Sequence record: NC_055781.1
Length of the DNA stretch: 64,000 nucleotides
DNA from: Escherichia phage p000v
Strand: one strand, 5' to 3'
The position numbers and the translations under genes were made by a program. The notes below the pieces were generated by a model that saw only the letters and a program-made list of their open reading frames with translations, was not told the DNA's origin and searched no databases. How positions within the stretch are numbered: the stretch's first letter is position 1; each line of letters opens with the position of its first letter. Shown piece by piece: positions 19,356-27,546 of this stretch.

Positions 19356-19661
19356 ATGAAATTAGGCGAAACCAACCGAATTGGTCTTTTAACAATATTT
19401 GCATCACCTTTTTACGCAGCTCTTTCTGTTGCAGTATTACAAAAGGCTTACGATATGGATGGTGTTCCTGGTTGTATATTCTTATCACCATTTTTGTTAT
19501 TCGTTGGAGCACTGCTATTATACGCCACGACTAGTTTCGACCATAATGTCTGGGTTAATTATAAATGTAAATTGTCTGAAGAAGAACACGCAGAAGCTCG
19601 TAAAAAAGCTATTGAATCTACCAATCTAGAAAATTTCATTAAAGAATGTCGAGGAAAATAA
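19356..19661 (+). CDS. small membrane protein with C-terminal ENFIKECRGK tail
   Basis: Two hydrophobic helices; GAGGAG SD. Confidence 0.6.
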   Translation: MKLGETNRIGLLTIFASPFYAALSVAVLQKAYDMDGVPGCIFLSPFLLFVGALLLYATTSFDHNVWVNYKCKLSEEEHAEARKKAIESTNLENFIKECRGK

Positions 19662-19662
19662 T

Positions 19663-20349
19663 ATGAATAGTTCTAAAGTGTTTAATAGTCAAGCTCGTGC
19701 AGTAGGTGGTTTCGCTGGCCGTATCAGTAATGATAAAATTAAAAATGAGCCTATGTTCTTCAACTGCGACCTGAAGTTTGCTTTTGATAACGGCGGTCCT
19801 ATCACTCGTTCTTTCATCATGAATCTGCCTGATGACTGGAACACTAATGAAGTAGTATTCGATTCACGTGTTCATATGCTTATGCCTGGCTGGTATCCTG
19901 CTATTCCTGGATACCACCATGACGATGTTCCTCGCCCTGATATTCCAGTCGGCCAACACTTTATTACTGCAGGACAACCTGACTATGATAACCCTCGTTA
20001 CCATTCTGAACATATTCTTGGTCTTGTTAACGCTGACGTGTGTCCTACTCATTTTGCAACAGGAACTGCAGAGTTCAGTCAGATTCCTGATGGCGAACTT
20101 ATCTATCGCCAGTGGCACAAAGAAGTCCTCGAAAAAATCGAAAAAGGCGAACTAGAGAAATGGGAAGCTCCAGACCGTACTCTTCTTCAGTTTGATTGGC
20201 AAACATGGCACACTGGTTCTCGTGCAATTAGTAATGGATGGCGTTGGTTCGGGCGTGTATCTCGTAATACAGACCGAGTTAAAAAGATTACCAATGAAAT
20301 TCGTGTCAACGCTCAAGTTTATCTAGAATTCCCTATGGAAGGCTGGTAA
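19663..20349 (+). CDS. hypothetical protein (228 aa)
   Basis: ORF immediately following previous stop; Trp/His-rich; no motif recognised. Confidence 0.6.
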   Translation: MNSSKVFNSQARAVGGFAGRISNDKIKNEPMFFNCDLKFAFDNGGPITRSFIMNLPDDWNTNEVVFDSRVHMLMPGWYPAIPGYHHDDVPRPDIPVGQHFITAGQPDYDNPRYHSEHILGLVNADVCPTHFATGTAEFSQIPDGELIYRQWHKEVLEKIEKGELEKWEAPDRTLLQFDWQTWHTGSRAISNGWRWFGRVSRNTDRVKKITNEIRVNAQVYLEFPMEGW

Positions 20350-20840
20350 TGATTAACAAAACATATTGGTCTAATATTGACGACGGCAATGAAGGTATTT
20401 CGTACTATTCAGTGGATTGGACAGGATGTCCATCCTACTTAGTGAAACGTATTTGCCAAGAATTTAAAATCGACCAGCCAGCAGGTATTATCGTGAACAG
20501 ATACATTAATGGATATCAACCTATCGATGAAGTAATACGAACAACTCAAGCTGATCTTGAAAAGTTTTTCAATAAGTGCCAATGGATAACAGGATGGATT
20601 ATATTTGTACCGTCGGTATGGTTTTTTAGTACTAAGGTGAGTTCTTTCGGTTTTGTTGATATTATTGCTATCTTATTAGCATCTACTATCGTAAGTATAA
20701 TTGGTGGTATAATTGGTGGAGGTACTATAGGCATCATTATTAATCTTGTTAAAAGTAGTTTACAGGAACGTAAAGACAAGATAAAGGCCAAGAATAACGA
20801 AGTTGAACGTTTTATTACCGAATGCAGGAATTTGAGATGA
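20349..20840 (+). CDS. membrane protein with Gly/Ile-rich segment and C-terminal ERFITECRNLR tail
   Basis: Hydrophobic core IIGGIIGGGTIGIII; overlaps previous stop. Confidence 0.6.
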   Translation: MINKTYWSNIDDGNEGISYYSVDWTGCPSYLVKRICQEFKIDQPAGIIVNRYINGYQPIDEVIRTTQADLEKFFNKCQWITGWIIFVPSVWFFSTKVSSFGFVDIIAILLASTIVSIIGGIIGGGTIGIIINLVKSSLQERKDKIKAKNNEVERFITECRNLR

Positions 20841-21073
20841 GTATAGCAATTTACATTAAATCAGAATCATGCGATAGTTATCTGTACACGTATGATAAAG
20901 ATGTGTCAGAAGAAAAAATCAAAGACGATCTTAATATGGACCTTGATATGTTCTGTCCTATTGCAGATTACAAACTTGCGGTCTCTAATAGTGAAAGTCC
21001 ATCTAAAGAAACGCGTATTGAAGAATTTATGTCCGAATTAATGGCCAAATCATGGGACCGAGATGATGAGTAA
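20837..21073 (+). CDS. hypothetical acidic protein
   Basis: Start at ATG 20837 overlapping upstream stop (ATGA); 78 aa. Confidence 0.5.
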   Translation: MSIAIYIKSESCDSYLYTYDKDVSEEKIKDDLNMDLDMFCPIADYKLAVSNSESPSKETRIEEFMSELMAKSWDRDDE

Positions 21074-21521
21074 GAAAAATAAAGTGAAAGAACTATCAGC
21101 CGGTATTATCTTCATGACAAAAGATAAAGAATTATTCATGGGACGTGTAACTGGTTCTCGTCCTAAAGGTTCTTTAGCTCATCGGTGGGATATTCCTAAA
21201 GGACGTGTCGAGCCCGGTGAATCGCCTATTGAAGCTGCTATTCGTGAATGCGAAGAAGAAACTGGGTTTACACAATATGACCCTGCCTTCCTGAAAGACC
21301 TAGGTGAACATCATTACTCAGACAATAAGAATATTCATCTGTTCCTATATACCATCCCTGTAGAGCACGAGCAATTCAGAAACAGTGTTTGTAATTCCTA
21401 TCATACATTCCAAGACGGACGACAGATTCCTGAATTTGATGCATTCGCTTTAATTAAACCTTCTCAATGGGAATATGTGATGGGCAAATCATTATATAAG
21501 GTGCTCACTACCATCCTATAA
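21063..21521 (+). CDS. nudE: Nudix hydrolase NudE
   Basis: Nudix box GRVEPGESPIEAAIRECEEETG; located just upstream of e as T4 nudE (e.1). Confidence 0.88.
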   Translation: MMSKKNKVKELSAGIIFMTKDKELFMGRVTGSRPKGSLAHRWDIPKGRVEPGESPIEAAIRECEEETGFTQYDPAFLKDLGEHHYSDNKNIHLFLYTIPVEHEQFRNSVCNSYHTFQDGRQIPEFDAFALIKPSQWEYVMGKSLYKVLTTIL

Positions 21522-21529
21522 GTAATAAA

Positions 21530-21553
21530 TACCTCCTATAAACGTGGGAGGTA
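21530..21553 (+). promoter_or_regulatory. RBS-sequestering hairpin of lysozyme gene with late-promoter-like AATAAATA just upstream
   Basis: Stem TACCTCC/GGAGGTA pairs anti-SD with SD of gene e; AATAAATA at 21524-21531 would start late transcripts inside the hairpin. Confidence 0.5.
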
Positions 21554-21555
21554 TT

Positions 21556-22044
21556 ATGAATATATTTGAAATGCTTCGTAATGACGAAGGTCTTAGACTG
21601 ACTTTATACAAAGACACCGAAGGCTTTTGGACGATTGGCATAGGCCATTTGGTAACAAAGAACCCGTCTTTAGCCGTAGCTAAAGCTGAACTTGACAGAA
21701 TGATCGGTCGTAAATGCAACGGCACAATTACCCTTGATGAGGCTGAAAAGCTATTTAATGAAGACGTTGATAAAGCCGTTCGTGGAATCTTGGGTAATGC
21801 TAAACTTAAACCAGTGTATGATTCTTTAGACGCGGTTCGTCGATGTGCATTAGTCAATATGGTCTTCCAAATGGGTGTAGCAGGCGTCGCAGGTTTTACT
21901 AATTCTCTTCGTATGCTTCAACAGAAACGTTGGGATGAAGCGGCAGTAAATCTAGCCCAATCTAAATGGTATCGTCAGACACCTAATCGCGCGAAACGCG
22001 TAATCTCAACATTTAAAACAGGAACTTGGAAAGCGTATATATGA
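21556..22044 (+). CDS. e: endolysin (T4 lysozyme E)
   Basis: [32 protein letters not shown]...; near-colinear with T4 lysozyme; start ATG 21556 with GGGAGG SD. Confidence 0.95.
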   Translation: MNIFEMLRNDEGLRLTLYKDTEGFWTIGIGHLVTKNPSLAVAKAELDRMIGRKCNGTITLDEAEKLFNEDVDKAVRGILGNAKLKPVYDSLDAVRRCALVNMVFQMGVAGVAGFTNSLRMLQQKRWDEAAVNLAQSKWYRQTPNRAKRVISTFKTGTWKAYI

Positions 22045-22322
22045 AAACATATAGTGAATTTTTATCAGAATCTATTCTTAACGAAGCTACCGACACATTT
22101 GCAACTAAGCTAGGTGCAGCTTTGGTTGAAGCGGAAAGTCTATTAGCACGTATTTCTGAACTTGCCAGTAAGATAGATACTCGCAAATTTGAACGTACCA
22201 GTGATATCGTTAAGCTTGAAGCCTTGTTGCGTATGTGCGATAAACCGGAAGAAATCGCTAAGAACGGCTCGTTAATGAAACAACGTCTTGAAAAATATAT
22301 TTCAGGCGCTTCAGAAAAATAG
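22041..22322 (+). CDS. capsid-targeted internal protein (CTS leader [10 protein letters not shown])
   Basis: ATG overlaps e stop (ATGA); N-terminal leader matches internal-protein CTS. Confidence 0.7.
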   Translation: MKTYSEFLSESILNEATDTFATKLGAALVEAESLLARISELASKIDTRKFERTSDIVKLEALLRMCDKPEEIAKNGSLMKQRLEKYISGASEK

Positions 22323-22323
22323 T

Positions 22324-22377
22324 GTTTACTTCCTCCAAGGACTTTGATACTATACATTCATCAACTACTTGGAGGAA
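22324..22377 (+). promoter_or_regulatory. early-type promoter embedded in RBS-sequestering hairpin upstream of denV
   Basis: GTTTAC then 10-bp TTCCTCCAAG pairing with CTTGGAGGAA (the denV SD); TACTAT -10 lies in the loop. Confidence 0.6.
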
Positions 22378-22380
22378 ATT

Positions 22381-22794
22381 ATGACTCGTATCAATTTAAC
22401 ACTTGTTTCTGAACTGACCGACCAACATCTTATGGCTGAGTATCGTGAATTACCACGCGTATTTGGTGCAGTCCGTAAACATGTTCAAAATGGTAAACGT
22501 GTAAAGGATTTTAAAATCTCTCCAACATTTATCTTAGGCACAGGTCACGTAACATTCTTTTACGACAAACTTGAATTTTTACGTTTACGTCAAATCGAGC
22601 TAATCGTGGAATGTTTAAAACGCGGTTTCAAAATCAAGGACACGACAGTCCAGGATATTTCCGACATTCCTGTAGAATTTCGTAATAATTATGTCCCGTC
22701 CGAAGCGTCCATTGCGATAAGTCAAGCACGCTTAGATGAAAAAATTGCTCAACGTCCGACTTGGTACAAATACTATGGTAAATCAATTTACTAA
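22381..22794 (+). CDS. denV: endonuclease V (pyrimidine dimer DNA glycosylase)
   Basis: [34 protein letters not shown]...; near-colinear with T4 endonuclease V. Confidence 0.95.
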   Translation: MTRINLTLVSELTDQHLMAEYRELPRVFGAVRKHVQNGKRVKDFKISPTFILGTGHVTFFYDKLEFLRLRQIELIVECLKRGFKIKDTTVQDISDIPVEFRNNYVPSEASIAISQARLDEKIAQRPTWYKYYGKSIY

Positions 22795-22806
22795 GGAAAA
22801 ACGAAA

Positions 22807-23061
22807 ATGTATCAAGAATTTACCGCTGAAGCAGATGCCAAAGGCCCAAAGTTTAAAGTTAAAGCTTTCATTGGTGATGCGGAAGACTTTGGCTCATTAA
22901 AATGTAATGGGTATTCTTTCTTAGGTGGCGATGGTAAAGAAATCAACACCTATGCAAAACGTAGTGAAATTGCTTATGTTGTAGCAAGTCCTAAAGTAGA
23001 TGTTGACGATATTGAATACGATTTTAACAACTTCGGAATTATTTCTGGCGGTAAAGCTTAA
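22807..23061 (+). CDS. capsid-targeted internal protein (CTS variant MYQEFTAEA)
   Basis: 84 aa; leader related to MKTYQEFIAE. Confidence 0.65.
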   Translation: MYQEFTAEADAKGPKFKVKAFIGDAEDFGSLKCNGYSFLGGDGKEINTYAKRSEIAYVVASPKVDVDDIEYDFNNFGIISGGKA

Positions 23062-23065
23062 AATT

Positions 23066-23095
23066 GTTTACGCTTAAGTATTAATATGGTATAAT
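23066..23095 (+). promoter_or_regulatory. early-type promoter (GTTTAC / TATAAT)
   Basis: 18-bp spacer; followed by CTATCAAAAC motif common to cassettes. Confidence 0.6.
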
Positions 23096-23125
23096 TACTC
23101 TATCAAAACAAACAAGGAAACAAAA

Positions 23126-23440
23126 ATGAAAACGTATAAAGAATTTATTGCAGAATCCGCCAACCAACGCGTTGAAGGTGGTTATATTTGGATTGAACAA
23201 GTTGAGCCACCGAGCCGCACTTCTACAGGTAAATGGAAAATTACCGTTGATGGTCCTGGTGGTAAACGTAGGACTCTTAAAGAAATTAACGGGTACTATG
23301 AAGAAGCTCTTTCGGATGCAGGAACTTACATGATGCAAATCATGATTAAAAACCCTGAAAACCGTTTTGCAGCTAAAGTCTTCCGCCGCATCGGTAATAA
23401 ACTTTATGATGCATACTCTAAAAACTTCCCTAAAGAATAA
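23126..23440 (+). CDS. internal protein (IPII-position, CTS leader MKTYKEFIAE)
   Basis: 104 aa basic protein with canonical CTS; position after denV as T4 ipII. Confidence 0.8.
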   Translation: MKTYKEFIAESANQRVEGGYIWIEQVEPPSRTSTGKWKITVDGPGGKRRTLKEINGYYEEALSDAGTYMMQIMIKNPENRFAAKVFRRIGNKLYDAYSKNFPKE

Positions 23441-23465
23441 CATAAATTAAAACAATAGGAACAAA

Positions 23466-24044
23466 ATGAAAACTTATAAAGAATTTATCGCCGAGGCCTT
23501 TGCAGGAAAAGCTCAAGGCATTAATAAGGACGAGTGGAATTATCGTGGCGGAAACGGCTTTGACCCTAAAACTGCTCCACTTGAACGATATCTAGCCACA
23601 AAAGCTTCTGATTTTAAAGCATTCGCTTGGGAAGGACTTCGCTGGCGTAACGATCTAAATATTGAAGTTGACGGACTCAAATTTGCTCATATTGAAGATG
23701 TTGTTGCTAGTAACTTAGATGCAGCTTTTGTTAAAGCCGACAGCGACCTTCGTCGCTGGAATTTAAAACTGTTCTCTAAACAAAAAGGCCCGAAGTTTGT
23801 GCCTAAAGCAGGTAAATGGGTTATTGATAATAAATTGGCTAAAGCTGTCAACTACGCTGGGCTTGAATTTGCCAAGCATAAATCATCATGGAAAGGTCTT
23901 GATGCAATGACTTTCCGTAAAGAATTTGCCGATGTTATGGCTAAAGGCGGCTTTAAGGCAGAAATAGATACCTCTAAAGGTACGTTTAAAGACGCTAATG
24001 TTCAGTACGCTTACGCCGTTGCTAATGCAGCCCGTGGTAATTAA
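23466..24044 (+). CDS. internal protein (IPIII-position, CTS leader MKTYKEFIAEA)
   Basis: 192 aa with canonical CTS; size and position as T4 ipIII. Confidence 0.8.
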   Translation: MKTYKEFIAEAFAGKAQGINKDEWNYRGGNGFDPKTAPLERYLATKASDFKAFAWEGLRWRNDLNIEVDGLKFAHIEDVVASNLDAAFVKADSDLRRWNLKLFSKQKGPKFVPKAGKWVIDNKLAKAVNYAGLEFAKHKSSWKGLDAMTFRKEFADVMAKGGFKAEIDTSKGTFKDANVQYAYAVANAARGN

Positions 24045-24046
24045 TA

Positions 24047-24068
24047 AGGCCTAAGTATAGGCCTATTT
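24047..24068 (+). terminator. terminator-like hairpin
   Basis: AGGCCT-aagtat-AGGCCT hairpin followed by ATTT. Confidence 0.45.
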
Positions 24069-24222
24069 ACATTTAAATAAAATGGGAACAACCTGGACCT
24101 CATGATTCTATGAGGGATTCCCGCCAACCTGTAATAAGGTCGAGCCCAAGTGCGGTAATGGGTAAATACAGAAATGGACAATTCATGCGCCACGGAATGG
24201 CCCAAACCTTAAGAGAAATAAT

Positions 24223-24762
24223 ATGAGAACATTTTTAACTGGACCTTATCTATCCCTGATGAATGCTTTTACACACCATTCTGATGCTAGAGTAGAAGAA
24301 ATTTGTAAGAACGGTTATATCCCACCGTTTGAAGACGTACTCAAGCAGTACTGTACACTTCGTTTAGACGGCGGCCGACAATCAGGTAAATCAATTGCTG
24401 TGACTAACTTTGCTGCTAATTGGCTGTATGATGGTGGAACAGTTATTGTTCTTTCTAATACTTCAGCTTATGCTAAAATTTCTGCTGGCAACATTGAAAA
24501 AGAATTTTCTCGTTATTCTAGCGACGATATTCGATTCCGTTTATTTACTGATTCTGTCCGTAGTTTTATTGGCAATGAAGGTTCTAAATTCCGTGGATTA
24601 ACGCTTTCTCGTATTCTGTACATAATTGACGAGCCTATTAAAGCTCCTGATATGGATAAGATTTACGACATACATATTAAAACAGTCCAACACTGTTGCA
24701 AAAGCAAATATTGCAACGGCGGTAATGCTCGTCCTCAATTTTTTGTGATTGGAATGCAATGA
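24223..24762 (+). CDS. P-loop NTPase-like protein
   Basis: Walker A-like GGRQSGKS and Walker B-like LYIIDE; 179 aa. Confidence 0.6.
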   Translation: MRTFLTGPYLSLMNAFTHHSDARVEEICKNGYIPPFEDVLKQYCTLRLDGGRQSGKSIAVTNFAANWLYDGGTVIVLSNTSAYAKISAGNIEKEFSRYSSDDIRFRLFTDSVRSFIGNEGSKFRGLTLSRILYIIDEPIKAPDMDKIYDIHIKTVQHCCKSKYCNGGNARPQFFVIGMQ

Positions 24763-25067
24763 TGACCACTATTGAAGTTTTTGAGTATTGTTATAACAGC
24801 TCAGTATGCAATAAAAGGGCTCTTGTAGAAAATTACGAGATTTACCATTTTAAACCTAAACGATATCGTTTGACTAAAGGTCCGTTCGCAGGGCAGCAGG
24901 TTCTTTGTACTGCTCCTAATGCACGACTGATGACTAGTATTCCGCATTTCAAAATGGAATTTATTGATGGACCATTTAAGGGATTAATCACTCAAAGTTT
25001 AATGGCGTTTAATTCTGACCCATTTTTGATTAAAGAAAAAACTTGGATAAATTTATTTTCTAATTGA
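24759..25067 (+). CDS. hypothetical protein
   Basis: 102-aa ORF overlapping upstream stop. Confidence 0.55.
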   Translation: MMTTIEVFEYCYNSSVCNKRALVENYEIYHFKPKRYRLTKGPFAGQQVLCTAPNARLMTSIPHFKMEFIDGPFKGLITQSLMAFNSDPFLIKEKTWINLFSN

Positions 25068-25073
25068 GGTTAT

Positions 25074-25436
25074 ATGAAAGCATATCAAATTCTTGAAGGT
25101 GTACATAAAGGCACTATTTATTTTGAAGACGGTACTCAAGCCCGGATTATTGTCTCTAAGACTTTTAAAGAAGACACTATTGTAGACCCTGAAATTTTCT
25201 ACGGTTTGAATGCCCGTGAAATTGAAATTGAACATCAACCTAAAGTTAAAATTGAAGGTGGTCAACATTTGAACGTTAACGTTCTGCGTCGTGAAACTCT
25301 GGAAGATGCAGTTAAGCATCCGGAAAAATATCCGCAGCTGACCATCCGTGTATCCGGTTATGCAGTTCGCTTTAACTCTCTGACTCCAGAACAGCAACGC
25401 GACGTTATCGCTCGTACCTTTACTGAGAGCCTATAA
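25074..25436 (+). CDS. grcA: autonomous glycyl radical cofactor (GrcA/YfiD-like)
   Basis: C-terminal 60 residues ([59 protein letters not shown]) match E. coli GrcA/PflB glycyl-radical tail as recalled. Confidence 0.9.
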   Translation: MKAYQILEGVHKGTIYFEDGTQARIIVSKTFKEDTIVDPEIFYGLNAREIEIEHQPKVKIEGGQHLNVNVLRRETLEDAVKHPEKYPQLTIRVSGYAVRFNSLTPEQQRDVIARTFTESL

Positions 25437-25660
25437 TGGCTAAATTGATTATAGAAGGGTCTGAAGATGTTTTAAAATGTTTTGCCGCCTGGTTTAGTTG
25501 CTCAGGCGAGCAATCATTCATTGAAGCATTTAGAATGGGTGATATTACTGGAAGCTATCCGACAACTGATATCACTGTACGTGGATATGGTATTAATGAG
25601 CCTATCCAATTGGTCGAATATGACCTTGCCACTGATGAGGAAATTCCTTATGTCGATTGA
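25436..25660 (+). CDS. hypothetical protein
   Basis: 74-aa ORF, ATGA-coupled to grcA. Confidence 0.5.
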   Translation: MAKLIIEGSEDVLKCFAAWFSCSGEQSFIEAFRMGDITGSYPTTDITVRGYGINEPIQLVEYDLATDEEIPYVD

Positions 25661-25916
25661 AGACATCAAAGGCTACAAGCCGCATACCGATGATAAAATC
25701 GGTAAAGTGAACGCTATTAAAGATGCAGAAGTCCGTCTTGGATTGTTGTTTGATGCTCTGATTGAAGAAGCCTATATCTTGAAAGAAAATGAAACAGAGC
25801 AACAAACCAAAGAAGATATGGATGCAGTGCAGGCTCTTAAGTACGCTAAGCAACATTTAAAAGAAGCCAGCATGTGGGCCTGTCGTGCAGTATTTCGACC
25901 TGAGGAAAAATACTAA
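25650..25916 (+). CDS. hypothetical protein
   Basis: Start set at MSIEDIKGYK; overlaps previous gene end. Confidence 0.5.
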   Translation: MSIEDIKGYKPHTDDKIGKVNAIKDAEVRLGLLFDALIEEAYILKENETEQQTKEDMDAVQALKYAKQHLKEASMWACRAVFRPEEKY

Positions 25917-26131
25917 TGGCTTCTACTATTACTGGGTTATTGGACTTTCAAGAAAAGGTCAACAAAATTTGTAGTGAATACTTAAAGTATCTTGAAGAAG
26001 ACCTTGAAGATTGTAAGGAAGAAGGCGAAGAAGATTATGCTGACCAGCGTCGTCGCCAAATCGAAGAGATGAGGCATTTTGCCAATATGGTATCTAAAGA
26101 ATCTTGGGCTTTAACTCCATTTTATCAATAA
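25916..26131 (+). CDS. hypothetical acidic protein
   Basis: 71-aa ORF coupled to upstream gene. Confidence 0.5.
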   Translation: MASTITGLLDFQEKVNKICSEYLKYLEEDLEDCKEEGEEDYADQRRRQIEEMRHFANMVSKESWALTPFYQ

Positions 26132-26135
26132 AGTA

Positions 26136-26186
26136 GTTTACTTCTCCTCTAGTTGTGTTACTATAGACCTGTCAACTAGAGGAGAA
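26136..26186 (+). promoter_or_regulatory. early-type promoter embedded in 14-bp RBS-sequestering inverted repeat
   Basis: GTTTAC; TTCTCCTCTAGTTG pairs with CAACTAGAGGAGAA (SD of gene at 26193); TACTAT -10 in loop. Confidence 0.6.
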
Positions 26187-26192
26187 ATCAAA

Positions 26193-26651
26193 ATGACTAT
26201 CAATTCGGAAGTTTTTATCCGTCGCAATAAACTCCGTCGAATCTTTGAAACGGAGTTTCGTCAAATCAACGCCAGTATAAAAGATGCTGCAAAGTCTCTT
26301 GGACTACCAGGCTTTCATATAAAGTATTCTCAACATCTCTTAGATCGTGCCATCCAGAGAGAAATAGATGAGAATTACGTTTTTGAATTATTTCATAAAG
26401 TAAAAAATCATGTTAAAGAAGTTGCAGAATTTTTATCAATGCCGGCACGTCCAGATGTTGATGAAGATTTTGTCGAAGGTGTCGAATATCGCCCAGGCCG
26501 TTTAGAAATAACTGACGGAAATCTTTGGTTAGGACTTACAGTCTGTCGCGAAAATCCAGCATTCAAAATGAAGACTCTTCAATGCAGAATGGCTATTATT
26601 AACAGTAAACGACTACCAGGAAAAGCTTCTAAAGCAGTGATTAAAATCTAG
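26193..26651 (+). CDS. hypothetical protein
   Basis: 152-aa ORF with sequestered SD. Confidence 0.6.
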   Translation: MTINSEVFIRRNKLRRIFETEFRQINASIKDAAKSLGLPGFHIKYSQHLLDRAIQREIDENYVFELFHKVKNHVKEVAEFLSMPARPDVDEDFVEGVEYRPGRLEITDGNLWLGLTVCRENPAFKMKTLQCRMAIINSKRLPGKASKAVIKI

Positions 26652-26659
26652 AGGTAAAC

Positions 26660-27202
26660 ATGAGAAAAGCACTACTCGCTGGTCTATTTGCTCTTTCGTT
26701 ATCAGCACATAGCTCCGAGCATACTTTTAGTAATGTCCAACTCGATAACTTGAATTATGCTTATCAGTTTGGGGAACAGTTTTCTAAGGATGGAAAATTT
26801 AAAACGCATGAAAATATGCATAAGAAAGGACTTGGATACATAATGGCCGCAATACTATGGCAGGAATCATCTGCCGGTATTAATCTTAAAGATAAGAAAG
26901 GTCACCATGCGTATGGAATGTTCCAAAACTATCTACCAACAATGAGGGCAAGAATTAACCAGCTCGGTTATAATATGACTGATGCCCAAATTAAGAAAAT
27001 GCTATCTAAGCGGTCTAATTCAGCAAGATGGGCTTATATCGAATTTTCTTATTGGTTAAATATACATAACGGGGATATAAGAAAAGCTATATCCTCATAT
27101 AATGCGGGATGGAAGACAAGTGCTGGAAGTAAATATGCTTCTGAAGTCCTAGAAAAGGCTAATTACCTTAAATCAAATAAACTACTGGAAATAAAAGAAT
27201 GA
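26660..27202 (+). CDS. secreted lytic-transglycosylase-like (SLT domain) protein
   Basis: Signal peptide MRKALLAGLFALSLSAHS; SLT motifs QESS, YGMFQ, SSYNAG. Confidence 0.75.
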   Translation: MRKALLAGLFALSLSAHSSEHTFSNVQLDNLNYAYQFGEQFSKDGKFKTHENMHKKGLGYIMAAILWQESSAGINLKDKKGHHAYGMFQNYLPTMRARINQLGYNMTDAQIKKMLSKRSNSARWAYIEFSYWLNIHNGDIRKAISSYNAGWKTSAGSKYASEVLEKANYLKSNKLLEIKE

Positions 27203-27546
27203 CCAAAATGTTGGCTTTAATAGTTGGCTTGGTTTCATTTAACGCTCTTGCTAATACTACATATACTGATGTAACGGAGTATACAAACAGAACGGCGTCT
27301 GATTATTGTGGTAAAAGTCAAGAGTGTAAAGTAGATTTTTCACAAAAATTGTTATATGCATATAAAGACGGAGAAAAAGATGGGGCGTCTAGTAGGTTCA
27401 AGGCGTCTACCTTAATTAAAAGATACTATAAAAAATGGCAAATATTAGAATGCTCGGTGGCGGAACCTAAAGATAAGGCAGCATGCAATTCTATGGTGGA
27501 CCGTCTAGTTGACTCTTATACTAGAGGACTTGCAGCAAGTGATTAA
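27199..27546 (+). CDS. secreted small Cys-containing protein
   Basis: Signal peptide MTKMLALIVGLVSFNALA; four Cys; ATGA-coupled to SLT gene. Confidence 0.6.
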   Translation: MTKMLALIVGLVSFNALANTTYTDVTEYTNRTASDYCGKSQECKVDFSQKLLYAYKDGEKDGASSRFKASTLIKRYYKKWQILECSVAEPKDKAACNSMVDRLVDSYTRGLAASD

